Source: an uncultured candidate division Zixibacteria bacterium
GTDB lineage: Bacteria > Zixibacteria > MSB-5A5 > GN15 > FEB-12
DNA: 64,000 bases
Direction of reading: 5' to 3'
Assembly: GCA_963735035.1 (NCBI GenBank)
Contig: CAVTJJ010000006.1
Span: forward strand, 320,001-384,000
Both the position numbers and the translations under genes were made by a program. The notes under the pieces were generated by a model. The model did not search any database, was not told the DNA's origin, and saw only the letters and a list, made by a program, of their open reading frames with translations. Numbering within the stretch: position 1 is the first letter of the stretch; each line of letters opens with the position of its first letter. Shown one piece after another: positions 50,036 through 59,543 of this stretch.

Positions 50036-50232
50036 GGTCTTGCGGCGACTACACTAGGGGAAGGACGGCTGACGGGCGTCAGAGCCTGAGGGCGACGCTT
50101 GCGCCACCTGCCATCCACCATTTCATCGTCCCAGGAGACTGATAACCGGCAGGTACCGGAAGGGCCGGATTCTGTCGAACCTAGGTGCAATCTAACCTGT
50201 TTTGTCCGATAACAATAGAACGGTCAGGATAT

Positions 50233-52694
50233 ATGGTCATAAAGAGCAAACACAGACTTCAACTGGTAGCCAGCGACAGCGAAGATTCTCATCCGGTTCT
50301 GCCGTTGATGACCGAAGTTTTGTTTCCTGGCATGATGATTACGATTCATGTCGGACGACCGGAAAACCTGGCTCTGCTTGAGAAAGTATTCGAACAGCGG
50401 GCGCAGTTTGTCGCGGCCTATTCCCAATCCGGATTTGACACCCAGGGGACACGCCCGATCTACCAGGTCGGGGTCCTGGCCGAAGTGCGCGATATTCGCG
50501 AGGGCACCGGCGACACCAAGGTAGTCACTCTCGAAGGCATCCGCCGGGTTGCTATCAGCAAGATTACGAGCGAAGAGCCGTTCCTTCAGGGGAAAGTCAA
50601 CGCGGTCGAGACACCTTCTTTCGTAAACAAGACCATTCGGGAGAAAGTGTCTGAAGTTATAGCCATCGTCAGCGAAATCACCCACCTCGATCCGACTTAT
50701 TCGCCGGAATTGTCCAACGTGCTGAAGACCAGCGCGGAAGACCCGGCCCTTCTCGCCGATCACGTCGCGGCCAGTTTCCACTTTTCGCTTTCGGCAAAGC
50801 AGGAAATTCTCGAGTGCGTGGCCCTGGACGAGCGGTACGAACACCTGCTGAACCAGCTTAACAACGAGCTCAACCGGGCGGCGACCGTCCTGAGCATTCA
50901 GGACAAGGTTAAGAAACAGATCGAATCCGAGCAGCAGAAATACTTCCTGCGGCAGCAGCTTCATGAGATTCGCCGCCAACTGGGCGAAGACCCCAGCGAA
51001 GAAAAGGAAGTCGCCCGTTGGAAGCGGTTGGTGAAGAGTCTACCCAAGCTCCCGCACGAAGTGCTGGATCGGTCGCGTATCGAAATCGAACGCCTCGGTC
51101 AACTAAGTCCGGCATCGGGCGAGTACGGCGCTACCAAGAACTATCTCGACTGGTTGTTGAATCTACCTTGGGGCAAGACCGCTCAAGAAGATTATCAGAT
51201 TGCAGAAGTCCAGAAAGTCATCGATACCGATTATTTCGGCCCTGATTCTCTCAAAGGAGCGAATTCTGCAGCGGCTGTCAGTTCGCAAACTGCTCGGCGG
51301 CAAGGATGAGGGTCCAACGCTCTGTCTGGTCGGTGCACCCGGAACCGGTAAGGCCTCGCTGGCCAAGGCGATAGCTAAAGCGATCGGCAAAGAATTGATC
51401 CGGATTTCGGTCGGTGGGATTACTGCCGTGGCGGATATAAAGGGCACCCCCCGGACCTATCTGGGAGCTCAACCAGGACAGATCGTTCGCACTCTACGGC
51501 AAGCGGGAAGTTGCGATCCGGTGGTGCTGCTTGAAGACATTGACTATTTCAACGTCGATAATAATTCTTCAGTCAATATGGCCTTGCTCGAAGTGATTGA
51601 CGCCCGCTATAACGCCCACTTCCTGGATCAATATGTCGGCGTGCCGTTCGATTTGAGCCGCATCTTCTTCGTCTGTTCGGTTCGTTCCTACGAAGAGATT
51701 CCGGAACAATTCGTGCCGCGTCTGGAGATAATTGAGCTGCCCGGATACATCGAGCGCGAGAAGATTACGATCGCCAAGAGATACATCATTCCCGGCATGC
51801 TCGAGAAGCACGGGCTGAAGAAATCGGAAGTTCACATTTCCGACCGGACTCTGTCGAAGATCATCGGCAACTACACGATGGAAGCCGGGTTGGTTGGCTT
51901 GTCGCAGCAATTGGAGCGAATCTGTCGCAAGATCGCCTTGCACAAGGCCGAAAACCACAAACGCAGTTGGTTGGTGAGCGAGAAGACACTCGATTCGTAT
52001 CTCGGTACGCCGCTGTACATTCCGGAGAAAGCCGAATCAGTGCCGGAAGTCGGCAATGCGGCCGGATTGGCCTGGACCGGCGCGGGCGGCGAGTTGATGT
52101 TTATCGAAGGCTTGAAGATGAAGGGGGAAGGCCAGATCATTACGACCGGATCGCTCGGCGAAGTCATGCGCGAGTCGATTCAGGCCGCCCATTCATATGT
52201 CCGCTCCAAGGCCGACGTTCTTGGTATCGATTTCAGTGACTTCAACGAATTCGATATTCACATTCACTTTCCGTCAGGCGCCATTCCCGAAAGACGGCCC
52301 GTCCGCGGGTATCACAGTCTGTCTTGTCATCGCGTCGGTTATGTCGGAGCGCCCGATTCGAAATGACATCGCCATGACCGGTGAAGTGACGCTTCGGGGT
52401 AAAGTGCTTCCGGTTGGCGGAACCAAGGAGAAGATTTCTGCCGCCTACCGCGCCGGTATCTACAATGTCGTGCTCCCCAAGGAGAACGAAAAAGACCTGA
52501 AAGACATCCCGCGCGAAATTCTTCGCCAGACCAAGTTCTACTTCATCCAGAGTGTGGACGAGCTTTTTGAGCTTTGCTTGCTCGATTTCAAGCCGTCGAC
52601 TTACACGCTCGAGAAGATCTTCGCCGAAGAGATCGCCCGTGCCCGCAAGAAACCCGCTCGTCGAAAGCGACCGGTGGCACGGCGCGCGCGCTGA
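50233..52694 (+). CDS. lon: Lon protease (LonA architecture) split by two single-base frameshifts (~51254, ~52287); ATPase motifs atypical
   Basis: N-domain [21 protein letters not shown] module, [18 protein letters not shown] and [10 protein letters not shown]; removing one base at each site gives ~819 aa. Confidence 0.88.
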
Positions 52695-52756
52695 TCTCGA
52701 ATCTATCTAATCGTATCTCGTCACACAATTGATGGTCCACAGGGGTCAAGAACTGC

Positions 52757-52786
52757 TTGACACCTGTTTGATTGAGTGCCTATATT
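52757..52786 (+). promoter_or_regulatory. Putative sigma70 promoter with long 5' leader
   Basis: TTGACA-N18-TATATT about 220 nt upstream of ATG 53009. Confidence 0.5.
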
Positions 52787-53008
52787 GATGTCATACGGGC
52801 AGGCCGCGTAATCGAAAGATGTCTGCCTGTTACAGGCATTCGATACTTGACCTCAGACGGTCTCATGCGAACCAAAAAGAGCACATCCTGATCCCGTTCC
52901 CGACTGACCCCACGCCGATTCCTCAAGGGATGAGGTGCTCCGGTTCCGACCAGGTCACACAGTGGAAAACAAGGCATTCTGGTGCTACGCTAGGCATGGA
53001 GGCAGACC

Positions 53009-55373
53009 ATGAATAAGAGATTTGGGACAGTGTTGATGACGGCGGCGGTTCTGATGATCGGCTGGGTCCAACCCCGAGCCCAGCAGGATCCTAACGATCA
53101 GGGTGTCGCGGACACGGTGCGCATGGAGTTTACCGTAGTAGCCGGACGCGAATACCAACCAGTTGAACGTATCCATGGATCTGTATCTGTTCAACGACGT
53201 TCAGAGTCTTAACTCCATTTCACTCGGCTTCAAGTGGATAAACAACAATTTGCGCATGACCAGTGCGGCGTTTTCGCCAAGCGGCGCTACGATCTTCGAT
53301 TTCATGAAGATGGTGTACCGCAACAATAAGATCGACAGCACTAACAAGTACCGTGTTTTTCAATGTACGGGAGCCCGAGGGGGTGAATCGCCGGGTTTGG
53401 TGGGAAGTATGACCGCCAAACACGTTGCTACCTATAATTTCACCCTGTCGAGTTGGACCGTGCTTGATTCGCTGGTCTTTGATACTATGCGAGTGTTGGG
53501 CGCCGGATTCGCCTTTGTCGATTTCAACAATATTGAGTACCGACCTTTCTGGAAGTCCAGCGTAGTAATCTATGACGCCAACAAGCCTATTATCTCCAAC
53601 CTGGTCTTATCCGAGGACACGCTCGATTTCGCGGCTACCGTAGGTCAGGGGAACCCTCCGGCGCAGTCGTTCAGGATAACTTCGGACCAGGATCCGTTGT
53701 TCTTTACCCTGACTGAGGATGCCTCCTGGCTGCTGAAAGCCCCTTCAAGCGGTACGACGCCGCAGGATATATCAGTATCGATAACGACTACCGGTTTGTC
53801 TTCCGGAATCTATTTTGATTCGATTCGGGTGGCCGCGTCGGGCGCCTCGAACTCGCCGAGCTTTCTTTTCGTTCGCCTGAACCTAAATCCCGCGTTGCCT
53901 CGGATCGGAGTCGATAAGACTTCTTTCATCTTCAATGCTCTGGTCGGGGGAGCCAACCCCGCCCCTCAGAATCTGGGCATCTACAATGCCGGTCAGTCCA
54001 CGCTAAATTGGTCGGTGACCAACGTGGAATCGTGGCTGAGCCTAAGCCCGATGTCGGGCACCAACTCGGGCACCGTAGTGCTTACGGTCACGAGCTCCAG
54101 CCTCGCCTTCGGTCAATATTACGATACCGTGGTCGTAACCGATCCGATCGCCCCCAACAGCCCCGTGAGAATCCCGGTACGTCTATCGGTGGCTTCGGAT
54201 TTGCCGTTCATCGTTGTTGATTCCTGTCCCAACTACTGGGTGGTGGATTGGGGGGCAGAGGGACCGATGTTTACGCGGAAGTTCCGCGTACGGAACGGTG
54301 GCCCCGGGCCGCTTACTTTCCGTGTCGAAGAACACTCCGATTACATTCTGAATGTCACTCCCGGCACTGGTGCGGCTCCCCAGGAGGTCGAGCTTCTGTT
54401 CTATTTTGCATTCGACCCGCAGCACGATCCGCTCGTACCTGACATCATAAAGGACACCGTCTGGGTTTATTCGGATGACGCCGCCAACTCGCCGGTGATG
54501 GTGGAGTGCCAGATGCGTTTCCCGGCTATCCCGGCGGAACTGCAATTGTCAACTCATTCAATCCAGTTTGACGTCTACCAGTGTTGGCAGGGCTACGGCC
54601 AGACTCTGCCATCGGCCGCATTTACCGTCACGAACATCGGCGACGACGATCCGGTCAAGATTCATCTGACTTACCCCAATGAAAGATTCCAGATTGTAGA
54701 CGGCACTCAGTCGCATGTGGCGCCGCATACTTATCAAGTGAATGCCGTATTACCGGAAGTCCCTACGGGCATCTACCACGATACCATCTATGTTACATCG
54801 CAGTGGGCGATCAACAATCCTCAGGTGATTGAGGTCATTTACAATTTCCTGCCGGGGGAAGCACCACTTGTCTACGTACCTGGAGCGCCCCTCAAGATTC
54901 CGTACCAGCAAGACTCCGGCCCGTTGTTGTATGAGGGCCTTCAGATCTACAACTTCGATCCCGGCTGTATGAACTGGGAGATCAGCGAGAACATCCCCTG
55001 GCTTACTCCGGTCGTCTCAAGTGGATCGGTGCCACAGGTCAGCCCGCTCTTAATCGATCCAGGTGACCGCATTTATGGCGAGTACCACGAGAACCTTTCA
55101 ATCCTGGCGCCGGGAGCTTCGAATCAACCCTTCCCGGTCGAGATGGTCTTGCAGGTGTGGAAGCTGCGCGGAGATGTCAACTGGAACGGTCGCATCACTG
55201 TGCAGGATGTGGCATTACTGCTTGATTACGTATTCAATCAGACCCATGCCCCGCAGCCGATTCCGGAAATTGGTGATGTCGACTGCGACGGTTTCGTTAA
55301 CATAAATGACATAGTCGGGTTGGTGGATTACTTGTTCCGTGACCTCCAGCCGCTTTGTGGCAATCCGTACTGA
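53009..55373 (+). CDS. Secreted protein with BACON-like repeats and C-terminal dockerin-like domain; one frameshift near 53140
   Basis: RBS GGAGG and signal peptide in ORF 53009; repeated W-L...P-x-S-G / G-x-Y-x-D-T units; GDVNWNG..GDVDCDG; removing one base gives ~787 aa. Confidence 0.8.
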
Positions 55374-55392
55374 TAGGTATCGATACAATCTG

Positions 55393-55431
55393 AAAGGGCG
55401 TCACTGCCGTGAGGTGGTGACGCCCTTTTTT
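55393..55431 (+). terminator. Rho-independent terminator
   Basis: aaagggcgtcactgcc-gtga-ggtggtgacgcccttt followed by ttt. Confidence 0.85.
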
Positions 55432-55575
55432 CTGCCGATAACTCTTCTTGACAGTAGGCCGGTTGGTGCCGTAATTAAGGCGTTGATACCTCACGACTTC
55501 AGGTTCCTGCCCAAGTGGTCAAGTCTTGTCGGCATACTCTTCACCGGTCACACGCGAAAACCGCGGAGGTTAGCT

Positions 55576-57846
55576 TTGTCTAAGTTTCTCAATGTCGCGG
55601 CCTTATCAATTCTCGGGGCTGTAATCCTATCGCTCGCCCCGGCTACGTTCAGCCAGGACCACGGCGCCTTACCTATGGACAGTCTGACGGCACCGGAAAG
55701 ACACCGGATTGAGGGAGAAGCCAAAGCTCAGGCCCTCGACCGTTCCCGCCGGATGCAGCAACTGGCGGCATCCATGCCGCAAGACGACCAGTCCAACTAC
55801 GACGTCAAATGGTACGACATTACTTTCAGGGTCAACGATACCACGGAGATTTTGTACGGCGTGGTGAAATTCGTGGCCCTGGCGACGATAAATAACGTCA
55901 GCCAGATTGACGTCAGCTTCTATTCAGGTATGAGCGTTGATCAGATTGTAGGACCGTCCGGACCTCTGACCTTCACCCGCACCGGTGACTTTGTGACCGT
56001 GACCCTTGATCGCTCGTACAACACCGGGGAAGAATTCGCTTTTGATTTTTACTATAGCGGCCATCCGGTCGAAAGTGGATTTCAGGCCTTTGCTTTCGAT
56101 TGGTACAATGGGAAGCGTTCGATAACCACTTTGTCTGAACCGTATTTCGCTCATACCTGGTGGCCGTGCAAAGACCGGATGGACGACAAGCCGGATTCAA
56201 TAGGTATTCATATTGAAGTCGATACGTCGCTCTATTGCGCCTCGAACGGCACCCTGGATTCCATAACAGCAGGGTCCGGTCCCAACAGCCGTGTCTTCAA
56301 TTACACTAACCACTATCCGATTGCGACTTATCTGTTCTCGGTAGCTATTGCTCCTTACGTGGTCTGGCAGCAGAATTACATCTATAACGGTGGTCTGGAC
56401 ACTATGCCGGTCGTACACCACGCCTACCAGGACCGATACAGTCTGTCGCTAACGACCTGGATCAACACACCCACTTACATAGCGGCTCTTGCCGCGGCTT
56501 ACGGTCCATATCCGTTTCCGAAGGACAAATATGGCCACGCCAATTTCAATTGGGGCGGGGCAATGGAGCATCAAACCTGTACGTCGATGCAAGGTAACAC
56601 CACTTTTGGTTTCGACACCTGGGTGATCGTGCACGAGTTGAGTCATCAGTGGTGGGGCGATCTGGTCACGTGCAAGTCATGGCATGATATTTGGCTCAAC
56701 GAAGGCTGGGCCTCATATTCCGAAGCGGTTTACCAGCTCGCCGCGAGCGGCTGGAGCGCCTACCGCACTTATATGAACTCTATGGCCTACAAAGGCCCGG
56801 GGACGGTCTGGTGCGACGACACGACCAGTGTTAATCGAATCTTCAACGGCAGTCTGAGCTACGACAAGGGCGCCTGGGTTGTTCATATGCTCCGGGGCGT
56901 GCTCGGCGAAGATCTATTCGCGCAGGGTATCGTGGCCTATCGCAATGCTTTCGCCAACAGTGCCGCGACCACGGAAGACTTCCGCAATGTCTGGGAAACG
57001 ACCACTGGTGTGAACCTCTATTCGTTCATTAACGAATGGGTCTACGGCCAAAACTGCCCCAATTACACATATTATTTCATGAGCGAACCTTCGGACACGG
57101 GCGGATATGACACCTATCTGGTGGTCAAGCAAACGCAGACCACGCTGCCCACTGTGTTCGATATGCCAGTGCAGTTCTTCTTCGATTATGCCACGATGCC
57201 GGATGATACGGTAAGACTCGTGGTAAACGAGCGTTCCCAGCTTTTCAAGTTCAATCTGCCCTCGGCTGTTAATCAAATTACGCTTGACCCGGCTGGCTGG
57301 ATTCTCAAGAATGCCACTAACCCCGCCTGGCGCATGTCAATCATTACTCTTCAGCCCGAGCTGTCTGGGGGGTGGCGCAGCAGGCCGTACCTCGATACCA
57401 TTGAAACCCGCGGCGGGACCGGACCCAATGTGATTTCCATCAGTGACGGTATCCTGCCACCCGGTCTGACGATAGACGCTGCCGGCGTGATCAGCGGTTC
57501 CCCGACCACCCTCGGGGTCTATCCCTTTACCGTTGGAATTGCCAACCCCGGCACGGGAGCCTCGGATCAGAGAAGTTTCCAAATCGAGATCTTGGAGCCT
57601 TCATGTTGTACCGGACTAGTTGGCAACGTTAACGGCCTGGCCGGTGATGAACCTACGATCGGCGACATATCTATGCTCATCGACGCCTTGTTTGTCTCGG
57701 GCGTGACTCTGCCGTGTTTGACCGAAGCCGATATCAACCAGTCGGGTGGAGCAAATCCTACCAGAGATGATATTACGATCGGCGACATTTCTCTGCTCAT
57801 CGACCACGTGTTTATCACCGGGGTGCCTCTATTGCCATGTCTGTAG
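55576..57846 (+). CDS. Secreted M1 aminopeptidase with Ig-like and dockerin-like C-terminal domains
   Basis: GAMEH, HELSHQWWG...NEG and YDKG; LPPGL..G.ISG.P Ig repeat; CC..GNVNG..TIGDIS duplicated; TTG start after GGAGG. Confidence 0.9.
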   Translation: MSKFLNVAALSILGAVILSLAPATFSQDHGALPMDSLTAPERHRIEGEAKAQALDRSRRMQQLAASMPQDDQSNYDVKWYDITFRVNDTTEILYGVVKFVALATINNVSQIDVSFYSGMSVDQIVGPSGPLTFTRTGDFVTVTLDRSYNTGEEFAFDFYYSGHPVESGFQAFAFDWYNGKRSITTLSEPYFAHTWWPCKDRMDDKPDSIGIHIEVDTSLYCASNGTLDSITAGSGPNSRVFNYTNHYPIATYLFSVAIAPYVVWQQNYIYNGGLDTMPVVHHAYQDRYSLSLTTWINTPTYIAALAAAYGPYPFPKDKYGHANFNWGGAMEHQTCTSMQGNTTFGFDTWVIVHELSHQWWGDLVTCKSWHDIWLNEGWASYSEAVYQLAASGWSAYRTYMNSMAYKGPGTVWCDDTTSVNRIFNGSLSYDKGAWVVHMLRGVLGEDLFAQGIVAYRNAFANSAATTEDFRNVWETTTGVNLYSFINEWVYGQNCPNYTYYFMSEPSDTGGYDTYLVVKQTQTTLPTVFDMPVQFFFDYATMPDDTVRLVVNERSQLFKFNLPSAVNQITLDPAGWILKNATNPAWRMSIITLQPELSGGWRSRPYLDTIETRGGTGPNVISISDGILPPGLTIDAAGVISGSPTTLGVYPFTVGIANPGTGASDQRSFQIEILEPSCCTGLVGNVNGLAGDEPTIGDISMLIDALFVSGVTLPCLTEADINQSGGANPTRDDITIGDISLLIDHVFITGVPLLPCL

Positions 57847-57862
57847 ATCTACAGTGCAGGAC

Positions 57863-57903
57863 CTCAAGCGGCGATTCCGCGCATTGCGGGATCGCCGCTT
57901 GAG
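57863..57903 (+). terminator. Long stem-loop after the peptidase gene
   Basis: ctcaagcggcgattccgc-gcatt-gcgggatcgccgcttgag. Confidence 0.6.
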
Positions 57904-58021
57904 TTTGTAGTTGGGCGGCGCTTCACCGGACGGCAGGCCGTATTCTTCAAAACAAGTTGATTTTGACGACCGGGAAGGTATGTTTCGTCCGCGATGGGGC
58001 GCGGGCGAAAGCCTCCGAACC

Positions 58022-58144
58022 GTCATCGCGAGGCCCCGGCTTGGACGGGGCCGTGGCGATCTCAAGTTGCGACGCAATAACTGTTGTGAGATTGCCGCGC
58101 TACGATGGCCCGCCTGGCGGCGAGTCATCTCCGCTCGCAATGAC
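58022..58144. repeat. Palindromic MITE/REP-like element (gtcatcgcgag...ctcgcaatgac)
   Basis: Terminal inverted repeats of 11 bp with one mismatch; inner pair gtggcgatctc/gagattgccgc. Confidence 0.7.
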
Positions 58145-58214
58145 ATTGAATGGGATTTTTCTCGCAGTCGCAACACGAGAGGGGGCGCGGTAACTTTACT
58201 CACCAGGGCTCAGA

Positions 58215-59543
58215 GTGACTACAGATCGAAAAATCGAAACCTTTCACGTGACCACTTTTGGTTGCCAGATGAACCTGGCCGATTCGTCGACCCTGGTTGC
58301 CTCCCTGACCACGCGCGGCTACCGCCGAGTCAGAAACGTTCAGGAAGCCGACCTGATCGTTCTCAATACCTGCTCTGTCCGCGACAAGGCCGAGCAACGG
58401 GTAATGGGACGTCTGGGCGAGCTTGCCCGGCACAAGCAGGAGCGACCCTGGGTTAAGATTGCGGTGGTTGGCTGTATGGCTCAGCGCTGGGGGAGCGACC
58501 TGGCCGAGCAAATTCCTCACGTGGACTTTGTTCTGGGTACCGACCGGGTGTTTGAACTTCCGGATGTGCTCGAAGGACGGGAGGGGAAATCGGCCGTCAT
58601 GACTGCGTTCGGCCACGAAAGCATCGACCAGATCGAACCGGTTCAGGAAAGCAGTTATTCCGGATTCGTGACCATCTCCCGTGGCTGCGACAACTATTGT
58701 TCCTATTGCATCGTTCCCTACGTGCGCGGTAAGGAGCAATCCCATTCGGTGGAACATGTCCTGGCCGGGGTCCGCAAGATGGTGGCGGCCGGCGTCTCGG
58801 AAATCATGCTCCTCGGTCAGAACGTCAACAGCTATCGCTATAACGGCACCGACTTTCCTGACTTGTTGAAACGCGTGGCGGGGGAGACGGATATCAAGCG
58901 GGTCAGGTTCATGACCTCGCATCCCAAAGACCTCTCCCGGAAACTAATCGAAGTCTTAGCGAGCGAGCCGAAACTGATGCCCCATCTGCACCTGCCGCTG
59001 CAGTCCGGATCCGACCTCATTCTGGAACGGATGGGACGAAGTTACACTCGGGAGGCCTATTTTAAGCTTGTCGACGACCTCCGCGCGGCCCTTGATTACG
59101 TGGCGCTGACTACTGACCTGATTGTAGGCTTTCCGGGTGAAACGATGGATGATTACGAGATGACGCTCGACGCAGTGCGCCGCATCGGTTACGATGCCGC
59201 GTTCATGTTCCGGTATTCGGTTCGCCCCGGCACGGCCGCGGCGTCTTTCGACGACGATGTCCCCGAGGACGAGAAGATTGATCGCCTCTCGCGACTCATT
59301 CGACTACAGCAGCAAATCTCTCACGAGCGCAACCAACGGGAAATTGGCCAAGTGAGGTATTCGCTGGTCGAAGGAGCGTCGCGTCGCTCCGAGCGTTTTG
59401 CCCGCGCCCGAACCGAAGGCAACAAGACGGTCTTATTTGAGTGCGATGCGCCTCAGGTCGGAGCGATACTTCCGATCCGGATAACTTCGGCCGATGCCTT
59501 CACGCTCCACGGCCGGGTAGAGCAGGGGGAAAGAAATGGTTGA
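58215..59543 (+). CDS. miaB: tRNA methylthiotransferase MiaB
   Basis: TFGCQMN, NTCSVR, GCMAQ, CDNYCSYC, LLGQNVNSY and TRAM domain. Confidence 0.95.
   Translation: MTTDRKIETFHVTTFGCQMNLADSSTLVASLTTRGYRRVRNVQEADLIVLNTCSVRDKAEQRVMGRLGELARHKQERPWVKIAVVGCMAQRWGSDLAEQIPHVDFVLGTDRVFELPDVLEGREGKSAVMTAFGHESIDQIEPVQESSYSGFVTISRGCDNYCSYCIVPYVRGKEQSHSVEHVLAGVRKMVAAGVSEIMLLGQNVNSYRYNGTDFPDLLKRVAGETDIKRVRFMTSHPKDLSRKLIEVLASEPKLMPHLHLPLQSGSDLILERMGRSYTREAYFKLVDDLRAALDYVALTTDLIVGFPGETMDDYEMTLDAVRRIGYDAAFMFRYSVRPGTAAASFDDDVPEDEKIDRLSRLIRLQQQISHERNQREIGQVRYSLVEGASRRSERFARARTEGNKTVLFECDAPQVGAILPIRITSADAFTLHGRVEQGERNG

Noticed and set aside
50146..50168. SRP-RNA-like CAGGT.CCGGAAGG
   Set aside because: Lacks the downstream AGCAG of the conserved SRP internal loop.
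55339..55575. ORF-track N-terminal extensions (M1 peptidase, ExbB, BtuB, Lon, SIR2, hbd, 32411 ORF)
   Set aside because: They overlap terminators, upstream genes or leaders; downstream starts fit better by RBS, signal peptide or domain boundary.
57841..57854. 14-bp perfect palindrome CTGTAGATCTACAG over the peptidase stop codon
   Set aside because: Single occurrence, not near a promoter; plausible by chance.
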